Positions 40,095 to 53,785 of a stretch of 64,000 nucleotides of DNA are shown here, one piece after another. The notes below the pieces were generated by a model. That model did no database searches. It was not told the origin of the DNA and saw nothing but the letters and a program-made list of their open reading frames with translations. The position numbers and the translations under genes are program-made. How positions within the stretch are numbered: position 1 is the stretch's first letter; each line of letters begins with the position of its first letter. The DNA lies in assembly GCF_036365525.1 (NCBI RefSeq), contig NW_027142006.1, positions 10,354,001-10,418,000 on the forward strand, in the 5' to 3' direction. This stretch comes from Heterodontus francisci (lineage: Eukaryota).

Positions 40095-40380
40095 TCCACC
40101 ACTGGCGGTCCTGCCTTCAGTTGCCTGGACCCCAAGCTACTGGACATAGATTTTCCAGGAATTCGCTTCTTTACTGCACTGAAATTGGAGGCTTTTTCGA
40201 TTTAAAATATTCTGTCAGGTCGACAATTTAAGCCAATGCTTGGCTGCATTTTCTAATTCAAGGCTCTGTGATTGGTTAAGACGTGTGAATAAGAAGAGGG
40301 TGACCAATCAGAAGTGGGTTCGGGTAAGCATGGGCTCAAACTGTGTGAATTCCAGGTCCCTGAATGACTGAGCTGAAACT

Positions 40381-42050
40381 CTGTCCAAAGTCATAGCCAG
40401 TCGAGTCAAGTCTGCTCTGGAGTTGGTGATTCACCCTGACCAGACCTGTACTGTACCCGTCAGGAAGATCTCTGATAGTCTCGTGCTACTCAGGGATACG
40501 ATCGCCTATGTACGGGACAGGAGGGTGGACACCTGCCTCATCAGCCTGGACCAGGAGATGGCTTTTGACAGGAAATCGCACACCTACATGATGGACGTTC
40601 TTTCCAAAATGGGGTTTAGGGAGGGAATCTGCAATTGGATCAAACTGCTCTACACAAACATCAGTAGCGCAGTCTCAATCAATGGGTGGGAATCGGAAAG
40701 TTTCCTGATCCAATCTGGAGTCAGACATGGCTGTCCTCTCTCCCCTGTCTTGTTTGTTTGCTGTGTTGAACCCTTTGCTGAGTCTATTAGGAAGGATGCG
40801 AGCATGAGAGGGGGTGACAATCCCAGGCAGCAGAGGCACTCAAGTGTGGTGGTCACCCGAGCCATTTTCCGCTTCATCTGGGGATCAACAATGGACTGGG
40901 TCCAGAGGGACACGATGTTCAAATCTCTGGTCAAGGGCGGGAAAAATGTACCCAACGTTGCCCTCATCCTGATGACCACCTTCGTGTGCGGCTGCATCAA
41001 GCTGTGTGTAGACCTCCAGTATGCAAACTGCAAGTGTCACTACGTGCTGAGGTTCCATCTGTTCCCAGTGTTGCGAAGGATGGGCCTGGTCACATTGCCG
41101 CGGAACGCTCCATGTAGTTGGACCGTGCTGTACCACCTATCCTTCGTGGAGCAGTTTCTGCGGGAAAACACCTTTGACCACTGATCCATCAGGCAGTGGT
41201 CTGCACGGAATGTTCTCAAGGCCCTACGGGAAAAGGAGATGGGGTATCCTGTCGGATGGTTCCCCGAGCAGACCACCAAAGTCATTTGGCAGAATGCCTC
41301 ATCACCAGAACTTTCAAACAAGCACCAAGATGTAGTTTGGCTGGTGGTGAGAAGAGCCTTCCCCGTCAGATCCTTCCTGCACGCCCGAAGACTCGCCCCC
41401 TCCGCGCAATGCCCCCACGGTGGCTGTGGTGGGGAAGAGACGGTTGCCCACCTCCTCCTGGAATATGTCTTTGCAAAGCAGGTGTGGAAAGAGATGCATT
41501 GGTTTATGTCGAGGTTTATCCCAAGCAGCTCTGTAACACAGGAGTCTGTGCTCTACGGGCTGTTCCCAGGGACACACACCGAGACAGACATCAACTGCTG
41601 TTGGAGGACTATCAATTCGGTGAAAGACGCCCTTTGGTCTGCCCGAAACTTGCTGTCTTCCAGCGCAAGGAGTTGTCCACCACCGAATGTTGCAGACTGG
41701 CACATTCCAAGGACCAGGACTACGTGCTGAGGGATGCACTGAAGCTTGGGGTAGCCGCAGCAAAGGCTCAATGAGGAAAGACCACTGTGTAAGGTCCCCC
41801 CACCAGGCTGAACTGAGGGGCTGGATCCATGGGAAACCCCTCGAACTGTATCGGGAAAATGTTCATTTGCTGTAAATGTAAAACTGTAATTGGCATGACA
41901 AATGTGAAATGGAAGGGTTGTGAAGCAACTCATGATTGTGTTGAAGGAAACTGATCTCCCTTGCAATGTTTGTATTTTTTGGTGCTGTTTGAAACTGTTT
42001 GGCAATGTAATTTTTACAGATTTTTATGAATAAAGTATATTTTGGAAATT
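40381..42050 (+). mobile_element. Tx1 5'-truncated copy with an internal deletion, intergenic
   Basis: VIHPDQTC..GVRHGCPLSP..CPHGGCGGEETVAH; tail GGAAATT; empty site GAAACTGATCAGTTTC at 24195-24210. Confidence 0.9.
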
Positions 42051-42524
42051 GGTCAGTTTCACAAACCCTGTCAGTTTCAGTGCAGGAAACACCGTCTCGG
42101 GGGAAATAACATCACAAGTGGGTCTGGTTCCAGTGACCGATTTAACGGCTGCTGCAAAACTCCCGGATTCCCTCATTGCAGCGAAATCATTTTGAAATTC
42201 TTTGAAAACAATGAGTGATTCTGGAGGAGTGATGTGGCTTTTCACTGAGGGCATGTGTCGACTGGGGAAATAACTAAGTGTGGAGCCTCGGGCACTGTTT
42301 ACACAGCCCGTTTTGAAAATCAAATCCACTGCACTTCCTTGCTGCAAATGAAATGTCAAACTCGGGGATTCCAGTTTTATACCCGAACACAGCACAGATT
42401 TATTCCAGTCAGTTCTGAACAGCCTATCCCATCTCCCGTTTCCAGGTCACTGCTCTCTCTGTGAGGCGGTGGGTGGCTCTTCGAAGAGCCTTTGTTGTGT
42501 GTTTGTGGGAAAGGGGCTGGTTTC

Positions 42525-43130
<606 letters not shown>

Positions 43131-45070
43131 CATGATCCACAACATGACTGATTACTGCTGCAACTCCATATTTTGAAGCTAGCTTCAGTTCACCATTTGT
43201 GTGGTAATGAATGTGTAGTGTGTCACTGATCGAGCTTCTCTTACATGCATCATTAGCATCTTGTGTTTCAGACCATTTCCATTTCACATCTTTCTTCAAC
43301 AACTTATGTAGTGGAGCTAACACCATTGCATGCTCAGGCAGAAATTGTGAGTAGTATTGGACCATGCCGAGAAAAGATCTAAGCTCAGACACATCTTTTT
43401 GTCTTTGGGGCTTTGACCATAGCCTCTATCTTCTCTTTCACTGGCTGGAGTTCTTTTCATTGATTTTCAGGCCAAGGTACACCACATGAAAAAACATGCT
43501 TCCAGTCTAACTTCAGCTTTCAAAGCCAGTCTTTCCCCATTATTATTGGTTTGTTGACATATCTCACTACCTTGTAGGGGAGAGGCTGGCACAGCAGTAA
43601 TGTCACTGAACTGATAATCTCACGACTCAGACTAATGCCCTGGGGATATGGGTTTAAATCCCACCATGGCAGCTGGTGGAATTCAGATTCAATTCATTAA
43701 TGAATAATATAAAATCTGAGTAGTGGTGCCATGCAACTATAATTGATTTTCATTAAAACCCATCTGGTTCACTCATACCCTTTACAGAAGGCAATCTGCT
43801 GTGCTTACCTGGTCTGGCCTGGATGTGATGCTGGCCCACAACAATGTGGTTTACTCTCACCTGTCCTCTGAAATGACCTAGCAAGCAATTCAGTTGTCAA
43901 GGGCAATTAGGAATGGGCAATAAATGCTGGCCTTGCCAGTGATGCCCGCCTCCCATGAAATAATGAATAAAAAACAGGTATCTTGAGGGGCCTGCCCTTA
44001 TGTTGCACATTACACTCCATTTGCCAACACATTGCTAACACCTCACCAGAGTAGGTTTTCAATTGAGCTGTGCTCTCAGTTAGAGGTACATCACTGACTT
44101 TGCTCCCATACATTTCTCTACTCATGATGGAGCAATCCATGGTCGTAGCAATGGACTGTTTATTTTCCAACAACATTATACAAAAGTCTCCATCATTTGA
44201 GTGATTGCTAGTGGCATAAATGCTGTACAGCCCTTGCTCCTCTTTGGTTAGGCACTCTGGATTCACTTCAAGATTGTGAACTCCACCCTCATAACATCAC
44301 TGTTTTCCATTACCACTGGAATTAGTTCCCTTTCCTTCTTTGGCCTCTGCTTGACAATTGAAACATTTTGCGTTTCTGTACTGACATGATTGTGCTGTGT
44401 AGTTGCCCTTATGGTGATAACAACACTAAACTGCTATCATTGGCACTCTTCTGGCTATGTCTGTCCACTTTAGACTTGGCTGAAGCACTTTAACAGTGGA
44501 CAGAAGCCTGTACTAGTTACCAGCATGGGATAAAATTCCCTAACATTCTTTGATGCCATCTCCATGGAAACAGCAATCTTACACACGATCTCAAATGTAA
44601 GATTTTGTGTGTTTAGTAACTTTGATTGGATTCTTTTGTTCACAAATCCACACACAAATATGTCTCAAAATGCATGGTCTAAGAATGTGCCAAAGTTGCA
44701 ACGGAATAAAAATTCTTCAGTGCCACAATATACTCACCAATTGCTTCACTACTTTTCTGATTTCTGGTTCCAAATTTATAGCATTCTGCTATCTCTAGTG
44801 GCTTAGGATTGAAATGTTCCTCCAACTTGGTGATTTTGTTTTGACTGGCACATATTTTGCTTTGTTCAGAGCAGGAAGCTTTGTCAGCATGCCAGACACT
44901 TCCAGGCCAATTTCCACAAGCAAAATTGTTTTCCTTTGCTCAGGAATTGCCTTATTCTGAGTCTTGACCGCCTCACCTACCAGTCCCAAAATATTCTTAA
45001 CTCTAAGAACATGCCCATTCTTTCAATACAGGAACGGAATGTTGCTCAAAGCCTCTCATTCGTTGCCAGC
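43131..45070 (-). mobile_element. Paralogous Gypsy remnant (partly deleted)
   Basis: Inverse of 19830-22475 with ~21410-22115 missing. Confidence 0.8.
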
Positions 45071-48000
45071 TTTCAGCTGTATCACATGGGTACAGCCAAA
45101 TTTCCTCAATGAGCACTAAGACCCTGCGGTATCCTATTCAACTCAGGAGACAGTCTGAGGCTGAGGCTGCCCACAACCCAGCTAAATTCTCCACTATCCG
45201 AGCAACTAAGTCACCAGGCTGATCTTGTTTACTGCAGTCCCTGCTGCTGTTTTCTGCCTATATTTACAGACTTTATCTTCCCCTAGTTGCCATTTTCTCT
45301 AATATTTTCAGGTGGGTCCAGCAGAGGAAATGGACACCAAATATGGCCAGTTCAAATAAGTGTTTATTCACGCCATTACATCATCACGTCATTACATTAT
45401 TAGCATAATATACAAATACACTACATATGTGAATCACGTCCTGATCACTTTTACTAGATATGTGTCTGAATAAGTGGAAACCCCTCACAATAAACACTGT
45501 CACCTTTCAGTGTTTTGTGGAGAAATTTCACGGCGTGACTTATGTGATTCCCTCATTTAATGTGTTTGTACAAATTTCAGAAAAATATGGAGATGCAAAT
45601 GACTTACGAGAAATCGTCTAAACATATCTTCATGTCTGGCACTCACTCGCAAAGAACTGCAATCTCACAGACTCAGAAGGAACCCGGAGATGGAAATCAA
45701 TGTTCAGCACAGCTAGAAAGATCTGCACTAATCTGTAGCTCAAAAAACTCAAACACTGTATTTTGACCCTTTGATTTAGTTGGTCGAAGCACCTCTTTAA
45801 TGAACAGATCAATCCTGGATTCAAATCCCCTTAAAGCCTTACTGTAACTAGGTTTTCCAACTACTTTATTGAGCAGCACAATAAGACAGGACAGCAACAA
45901 AAGCAAAATACTGCAGATGCTGGAAATCTGAAATGAAAACAGAAAGTACTGGAAATACTCAGCGGGTCTGGTGGCATCTGTGGACAGAGACGCAGAGTTA
46001 ACCTTTCAGGTCTGTGACATTTTATCAGAACTGCTGAAATGTTAACTCTGCTCCTCTCTGCACAGATGCTACCAGACCTGCTGAATATTTCCAGCACTTT
46101 CTGTTTTTATTTAAAACAGGACTCTATCTGTCTTTGCTGAGCGAAGGATTTCGGAATGGATGTTTGACGATTGTCCCTTCTTGCACAGAAATTCACTGCA
46201 AATACTATAAAGGTACCTCAGTCAACCACACCTCCTTTGAGAGAAATTTGTTCATCATTGCATTTGATCTGGAAACCACTCTTGACATTAATCTCACTGA
46301 ATCAGAGTGTGACGGATTGTATCTGTCAGTGTGTTCATGTCACTATGTGCTGCTTTCTACTGAGCCTGGGACACGATGCAAGGTGGAGGATTTGTCCGAG
46401 TTTTGGATTATATTATCAGTTGAGAATGATAAAAACTGAAAGGAAGCAAATAAGAAATCCTTGTCCCCAGATTTGAGAATCTGGAGATCCGCTTTGGGAA
46501 AGTGAATCAGAGCAGAATGAAGGGTGAACTGTCTGATTGCCCAGAAGTGATGAAGACACAGCTCAGTCAGCGCGTTCTAATAAATAGGAGATACTGGAAC
46601 GGCTGGCTGTACTTCATGTTGATAAGTCATTAGGACTGGATGGGATGGAACCAAGACTGCTGAGAGCTGTAAGGGTGGAAATTGCCAGAATCTTCTGATT
46701 TTTATTTTTTGGATTGACAGCTGCCAGCCATTTGTTTGTCGCAGGACACAATAACGGACTAAAGTGAATCTGCACCGAGCAAATATTAACGTCCCACATC
46801 TGCAGGTTTCTTCCAAAACATCGGGAATTTCAGCCTCAATCCTCGGACCTTTGATGTTCTGTTCCACTGATATTTTGTCCCCTGATTAAAATTGATCCTA
46901 GGAAGTCTGTCCTCTGAGCGGCCTGGCACTCCGAGTTCCTCTGCAGACATCCGGTTGCTGTTGGTAGACCAAAAGAGTCCTAAAACCCGAGAAGAAACCT
47001 CTCCCAGAGCCCTCCGAGTGTGTCTCCATTGGACCATGCAGCCACTACCTGTATAATGGATAGCAATGGTGAGGAGTATGAGTTATTTCAGTGCCTGCGT
47101 TTTGTGGAAATAGAGGATTAAAGATTAAAAATAATAAAAATCACTGAATAGATCCTCTGTGAGCAGGACTCAAACCAAACTCGGATAAGTCCAGTGGATT
47201 TCAATGTTGAAAACTTTAACCACTGGACCATGGCAGCTGAAATCACACCCCTTTTATACAGACCGAGAATCATCCTACACTGATCCACTTCTGTTCATTT
47301 TTGTGTCCTGGGACAAAAAAGTTCTGTGTAGCTGTCAATCAAAAAATGGTTGGAAGGAACTTCATTTATTCAAATACCAGCAGCCGCCAGTTGTCAATCA
47401 ACTCAATCCCTTCAGCAATAGAGAGGGAGAAAGAGAGAGAGAGACTGTTAGAGAACTTCCTGCATTCAGTCCTGACCCTGTCACACTCAGCAGCTTCTCA
47501 CCCAGACCCCAATCTCATCAACACTGAACATTGTTACTGAGACCCTTCAAATACTGTTTATAAAATGAATAAAGGTTCAAAGTTTATGACAGCTGGATTG
47601 AATGGAACCAAGTTTAATAAACTTTTCACTCTGACTTGATAACCACATTAGACAGTCCTTCAATTGGTAGCAAAGTTATCAGCTGTAAGAATGTTTTTAC
47701 TGAGTTGAATAATTTCTGTGTGAGGAATGTTCCAGCATCATAAATGAATCCATTTGCAAATTCTTGATGGAAAGTGAGTGGTTTTATTGAAGAAGGTTGA
47801 AAGGAGGATGAGAGAATCTTGTGTGACAATGAAGTGGAATCAATGCAAGTAAAAACTGGAATGAAGGGGGTGGGGATCCCCTGGTCACATGGACTGATTG
47901 CAGAATTTTATAAAGATTTCTTTCATAGAGATTTTAACTCCATTTTATTTTTGTTATTTTTTTTCATGGGATGTAAGCATCGCTGGCAAGACCATCATTT

Positions 48001-49883
48001 ATTGCCCATCCCTAATTGCCCTGGTTTTGGTGAGCTGCCTACTTGAACCACTGCAGTCCATATGTTATAGGTACACACACAGTGCTATTAGGGAGGGAGT
48101 TCCAGGATTTTGATATGCCCCAGGGAAGGCACGGCAAACTAGTTCCAAGTCAGGATTTGGATTGGAGGGGAGGTTGCTGATTGTAGTATTCCCATGTGTC
48201 TGCTGCTCTTGTCCTTCTAAGGAATCAGGGGGATATCTCTCCGCTGGTTAGAGACATACCTAGCAAAAAGGAAGATGGTTGTGGTTGTTGGACGTCAATC
48301 ATCTGAGCTCCAGGAGATCACTGCAGGAGTTCCTCAGGGTAGTGTCCTGGGCCCAACCATCTTCAGCTGCTTCATCAATAACCTTCTTCAATCATAAGGT
48401 CAGAAGTGGGGATTTTGGCTGATAATTGCACAGTGTTCAGCACCATTCGTGACTCCTCAGATACTGAAGCAGTCTGTGTAGAAATGCAACAAGTGCTCGA
48501 CAGTATCCAGGACTTATCCAATGACCACTTTCAACAAGAGAGAATCTAAGCATCTCCCTTGACATTCAATGGCATTACCATTGCCGAATCCCCCACTATC
48601 GACATCCTAGGGGCTGCCATTGACCAGAAATTGAACTGGAGTAGCCACAAAATACTGTGGCTACAAGAGCAGGTCACAGGCTAGTAATCCTGCAACGAGT
48701 AAGTCTCCTCCTGACTCCCCAAAGCCTGTCGACCATCTACAAGGCACAAGTCAGGAACGTGATGGAACACTCTCCACTTGCTGGATGGATGCAGCTCCAA
48801 GAACATGCAAGAATCTTGATACCATGCAGGACAAAGCAGCCCACTTGATTGGCACCCCATCCACAAACATTCACTCCCTCCACCAGCGCGCACAGTGGCA
48901 GCAGTGTGCACCATCTACAAGATGCACTGCAGCAACGCACCGAGGATCCTTCGACAGCACTTTCCAAATCCACAACCTATACCAACTAGAGGTACAAGGG
49001 CAGCAAATGCATGGGAACACCACCACCAGCAAGTTCCCCTCCAAGTCACACACTATCCTGATGTGGAACTATATTGTCGTTCCTTCACTGTCACTGGGTC
49101 AAAGCCCTGGAACTCCCTTCCTAACGGCACTGTGAGTGTACCTACCTCACATGAACAGCAGCGGTTCAAGAAGGCAGCTCACCACCACCTTCTCCAGGGC
49201 AATTAGGGATGGGCAATAAATGCTGGCCTAGCCAGCAACACCCACATCCCATGAATGAATTTTTAAAAATGGTGGTAGAGTTCACGTGTTTGGAAGGTGC
49301 TGTCTAGGATTGTAAACACTGCTGCCACTGTGCACCAGTGGTGGAAGGAGTGAATATTTAAGGTGGTGGACGGGATGTTGATCAAGTGAGCTACTTTGTC
49401 CTGGATGGGGTCGAGCTTCCAGAGTGAAGTTAGAGCTGAACTCAGCTAGGCAAGTGGAGAGTATTCCATTACACACCTCACTTGCGCCTTGTAGAGGGTG
49501 GACACGGTTTGGTGAATCAGGAGGTGTGTTCCTCAGAGAATAACATAAAAGGTATTGCCATGGTTACCCACATGGGTCCTAGTTATGCCTGTCTTTTTGT
49601 GGTGTATGTCAAACATTCCTTTTTCCAGTCCTACTCAGGGCCCCACACCCCAGCTCTTTTTCCGGTAGAATGATGACTGTGTCAGTGTCATTTCCTGCTC
49701 CCGCCCGGAACTGGAAAACTTCATCAACTTTGCTTCCAATTTCCACCCTTCCCTCACCTTCACATGATCTATCTCCGACACTTCCCTTCCCTTTGTGACT
49801 TCTCTGTCTCCATCTCTGAATTTAAGGCTGTCCGCTAATATTCTTTCTAAGCCCACCGACTAAGTTTAAACTTAAGATTAAAA

Positions 49884-50831
49884 ATGGCAGGAGATCTCAG
49901 ACCCGTATCATGCTCCTCTTGCTCAATGTGGGAGCTCAGGGACATGGCTGATGACCCTGACTCCTTCACGTGCAGGAAGTGTGTCCAGCTGCAGCTCTTG
50001 TTAGACCGCATGACGGCTCTCGAGCTGCGGATGGACTCACTTTGGAGCATGCGCGATGCTGAGGAGGTCGTGGATAGCACGTTTAGTGAATTGGTCACAC
50101 CGCAGATTAGGATTGCTGAGGGAGAAAGGGAATGGGTGACCAAAAGGAAGAGAAAGAGCAGGAAGGCAGCGCAGGAGTCCCCTGCGGTCATCTCCCTCCA
50201 AAACAAGTATACCGTTTTGGATACTGTTGAGGGAGATGGCTCACCAGGGGAAGGCAGCAGTAGCCAGGTCCATGGCACCGTGGCTGGCTCTGCTGTTCCG
50301 AAGGGCGGGAAAAAGAGTGGAAGGGCTATAGTCGTAGGGGATTCGATTGTAAGGGGAGTAGATAGGCGGTTCTGTGGTCGAAAACGAGGCTCCCGAATGG
50401 TATGTTGCCTCCCAGGTGCACGGGTCAGGGACGTCTCAGATCGGCTGCAGAACATTCTAAAGGAGGAGGGTGAACAGCCAGTTGTCATTGTGCACATAGG
50501 CTCGAATGAGATAGGTAAAAAACGTGATGAGGTCCTACATGCAGAGTTTAGGGAGTGAGGAGCCAAGTTAAAAAGTAGGACCTCAAAGGTAGTAATCTCA
50601 GGATTACTACCAGTGCCACGTGATAGTCAGAGTAAAAATGAAAGAATAGTCAGGATGAATGCGTGGCTTGAGAGATGGTGCAGGAAGGAGGGGTTCAGAT
50701 TTTTGGGACATTGGGACCGGTTCTGGGGGAGGTGGGACTATTACAAATTGGACGGTCTACACCTGGGCCGGACTGGAACCAATGTCCTTGGAGGTGCTTT
50801 TGCTAACGCTGTTGGGGAGGGTTTAAACTAA
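49884..50831 (+). pseudogene. CR1 ORF1 (zinc finger, coiled coil, SGNH esterase) with one in-frame TGA
   Basis: CSSCSMW..CRKC, VVGDSIVRG, HIGSNEIG, DGLHL; stop at 50556-50558. Confidence 0.85.
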
Positions 50832-53785
50832 TGTGGCAGGGGGATTGGAACCAATTGAGGTCAGTTGACAGTAAGGAGGCAGTAACTAAAGCCTGTAAGG
50901 AACTAGATAATGAAGTCAGTGTGACTAAGGGGAAGAGCAGGCAGGGAGCAGATGATGAATATAAAGGGACTGGTGGTCTGAGGTGCATTTGTTTTAATGC
51001 AAGAAGTGTAGTAGGTAAGGCAGATGAACTTAGGGCTTGGATTAGTACCTGGGAGTATGATGTTATTGCTATTACTGAGACTTGGTTGAGGGAAGGGCAT
51101 GATTGGCAACTAAATATCCCAGGATATCGATGCTTCAGGCGGGATAGAGAGGGAGGTAAAAGGGGTGGAGGAGTTGCATTACTGGTCAAAGAGGATATCA
51201 CAGCTGTGCTGAAGGAGGGCACTATGGAGGACTCGAGCAGTGAGGCAATATGGACAGAACTCAGAAATAGGAAGGGTGCGGTAACAATGTTGGGGCTGTA
51301 CTACAGGCCTCCCAACAGCGAGCGTGAGATAGAGGTACAAATATGTAAACAGATTATGGAAAGATGTAGGAGCAACAGGGTGGTGGTGATAGGAGATTTT
51401 AATTTTCCCAACATTGACTGGGATTCGCTTAGTGTTAGAGGTCCAGATGGAGCAGAATTTGTAAGGAGCATCCAGGAGGGTTTTCTAGAGCAGTATGTAA
51501 ATAGTCCAACTCGGGAAGGGGCCATACTGGACCTGGTGTTGGGGAATGAGCCCGGCCAATTTGTTGAAGTTTCAGTAGGGGACTACTTTGGGAATAGTGA
51601 TCACAATTCCGTAAGCTTTAAAATACTCATGGACAAAGACGAGAGTGGTCCAAAAGGGAGAGTGCTAAATTGGGGGAAGGCCAACTACACCAAAATTCGG
51701 CAGGAGCTGGGAAATGTAGATTGGGAGCAGCTGTTTGAAGGTAAATCCACATGTGATATGTGGGAGGCTTTTAAAGAGAGGTTGATTAGCGTGCAGGAGA
51801 GACATGTTCCTGTGAAAATGAGGGATAGAAATGGCAAGATTAGGGAACCATGGATGACAGGTGAAATTGTGAGACTAGCTAAGAGGAAAAAGGAAGCATA
51901 CATAAGGTCTAGGCGGCTGATGAAAGACGAAGCTTTGAAAGAATATCGGGAGATTAGGACCAATCTGAAACGAGGAATTAAGAGGGCTAAAAGGGGTCAT
52001 GAAATATCTTTAGCGAACAGGGTTAAGGAAAATCCCAAAGCCTTTTATTCATATATAAGGAGAAAGAGGGTAACTGGAGAAAGGATTGGCCCACTAAAGG
52101 ACAAAGGAGGAATGTTATGCGTGGAGTCAGAGAAAATGGGTGAGATTCTAAACGAGTACTTTGCATGGGTATTCACCGAGGAGAGGGACATGACGGATGT
52201 TGAGGTTAGGAACAGATGTTTGATTACTCTAGGTCAAGTCGGCATAAGGAGGGAGGAAGTGTTGGGTATTCTAAAGGGCATTAAGGTGGACAAGTCCCCA
52301 GGTCCGGATGGGATCTATCCCAGGTTACTGAGGGAAGCGAGAGAGGAAATAGCTGGGGCCTTAACAGATATCTTTGCAGCATCCTTAAACACGGGTGAGG
52401 TCCCGGAGGACTGGAAAATTGCTAATGTTGTCCCCTTGTTTAAGAAGGGTAGCAGGGATAATCCAGGTAATTATAGACCGGTGAGCCTGACGTCAGTGGT
52501 AGGGAAGCTGCTGGAGAAGATACTGAGGGATAGGATCTATTCCCATTTGGAAGAAAATGGGCTCATCAGTGATAGGCAACATGGTTTTGTGCAGGGAAGG
52601 TCATGTCTTACCAACTTAATAGAATTCTTTGAGGAAGAGACAAAGTTGATTGATGAGGGAAGGGCTGTCGATGTCATATACATGGACTTCAGTAAGGCGT
52701 TTGATAAGGTTCCCCATGGCAGGCTGATGGAGAAAGTGAAGGCGCTTGGGGTCCAAGGTGTACTAGCTAGATGGATAAAGAACTGGCTGGGCAACAGGAG
52801 ACAGAGAGTAGCAGTAGAAGGGAGTTTCTCAAAATGGAGACGTGTGACCAGTGGTGTTCCACAGGGATCCGTGCTGGGACCACTGTTGTTTGTGATATAC
52901 ATTAATGATTTGGAGGAAAGTATAGGTGGACTGATTAGCAAATTTGCAGACGACACTAAGATTGGTGGAGTAGCAGATAGTGAAGGGGACTGTCAGAGAA
53001 TACAGCAGAATATAGATAGATTGGAGAGTTGGGCAGAGAAATGGCAGATGGAGTTCAATCAGGGCAAATGCGAGGTGATGCATTTTGGAAGATCCAATTC
53101 AAGAGTGAACTATACAGTAAATGGAAAATTCCTGGGGAAAATTGATGTCCAGAGAGATTTGGGTGTTCAGGTCCACTGTTCCCTGAAGGTGGCAACGCAG
53201 GTAAATAGAGTGGTCAAGAAGGCATACGGCATGCTTTCCTTCATCGGACGGGGCATTGAGTACAAGAGTTGGCAGGTCATGTTACAGTTGTATAGGACTT
53301 TGGTTCGGCCACATTTGGAATACTGCGTACACTTCTGGTCGCCACATTATCAAAAGGATGTGGATGCTTTGGAGAGGGTGCAGAGGAGGTTTACCAGGAT
53401 GTTGCCTGGTATGGAGGGCGCTAGCTATGAAGAGAGGTTGAGCAGATTAGGATTATTTTCATTAGAAAGACGGAGGTTGAGGGGGGACCTGATTGAGGTG
53501 TACAAAATCATGAGAGGTATAGACAGGGTGGATAGCAAGAGGCTTTTTCCCAGAGTGGGGGTTTCAATTACTAGAGGACACGAGTTCAAAGTGAAAGGGG
53601 AAAAGTTTAGGGGGGATATGCGTGGAAAGTTCTTTACGCAGAGGGTGGTGGGCACCTGGAACGCATTGCCAGCGGAGGTGATAGATGCGGGCACGATGGA
53701 GTCTTTTAAGATGTATCTAGACAGATACATGAATGGGCAGGAAGAAAAGAGATACAGAACCTTAGAAAATAGGCGACATGTTTAG
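50831..53785 (+). CDS. CR1 ORF2 APE endonuclease-reverse transcriptase, intact 984 aa
   Basis: CFNARS, ITETW, IGDFNFP, SDH, KSPGPDG, PQGSVLGP, FADD. Confidence 0.95.
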   Translation: MWQGDWNQLRSVDSKEAVTKACKELDNEVSVTKGKSRQGADDEYKGTGGLRCICFNARSVVGKADELRAWISTWEYDVIAITETWLREGHDWQLNIPGYRCFRRDREGGKRGGGVALLVKEDITAVLKEGTMEDSSSEAIWTELRNRKGAVTMLGLYYRPPNSEREIEVQICKQIMERCRSNRVVVIGDFNFPNIDWDSLSVRGPDGAEFVRSIQEGFLEQYVNSPTREGAILDLVLGNEPGQFVEVSVGDYFGNSDHNSVSFKILMDKDESGPKGRVLNWGKANYTKIRQELGNVDWEQLFEGKSTCDMWEAFKERLISVQERHVPVKMRDRNGKIREPWMTGEIVRLAKRKKEAYIRSRRLMKDEALKEYREIRTNLKRGIKRAKRGHEISLANRVKENPKAFYSYIRRKRVTGERIGPLKDKGGMLCVESEKMGEILNEYFAWVFTEERDMTDVEVRNRCLITLGQVGIRREEVLGILKGIKVDKSPGPDGIYPRLLREAREEIAGALTDIFAASLNTGEVPEDWKIANVVPLFKKGSRDNPGNYRPVSLTSVVGKLLEKILRDRIYSHLEENGLISDRQHGFVQGRSCLTNLIEFFEEETKLIDEGRAVDVIYMDFSKAFDKVPHGRLMEKVKALGVQGVLARWIKNWLGNRRQRVAVEGSFSKWRRVTSGVPQGSVLGPLLFVIYINDLEESIGGLISKFADDTKIGGVADSEGDCQRIQQNIDRLESWAEKWQMEFNQGKCEVMHFGRSNSRVNYTVNGKFLGKIDVQRDLGVQVHCSLKVATQVNRVVKKAYGMLSFIGRGIEYKSWQVMLQLYRTLVRPHLEYCVHFWSPHYQKDVDALERVQRRFTRMLPGMEGASYEERLSRLGLFSLERRRLRGDLIEVYKIMRGIDRVDSKRLFPRVGVSITRGHEFKVKGEKFRGDMRGKFFTQRVVGTWNALPAEVIDAGTMESFKMYLDRYMNGQEEKRYRTLENRRHV

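Larger units (their letters stand above)
33807..40137 (-). mobile_element. Full-length Tx1-clade non-LTR retrotransposon (~5.3 kb excluding the nested CR1)
   Basis: 8-bp TSD GTCCAGTA (40138-40145 / 33799-33806); 5' UTR; ORF1 with 3 CCHC knuckles; ORF2 APE-RT-zinc finger; 3' UTR with short A tail. Confidence 0.93.
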
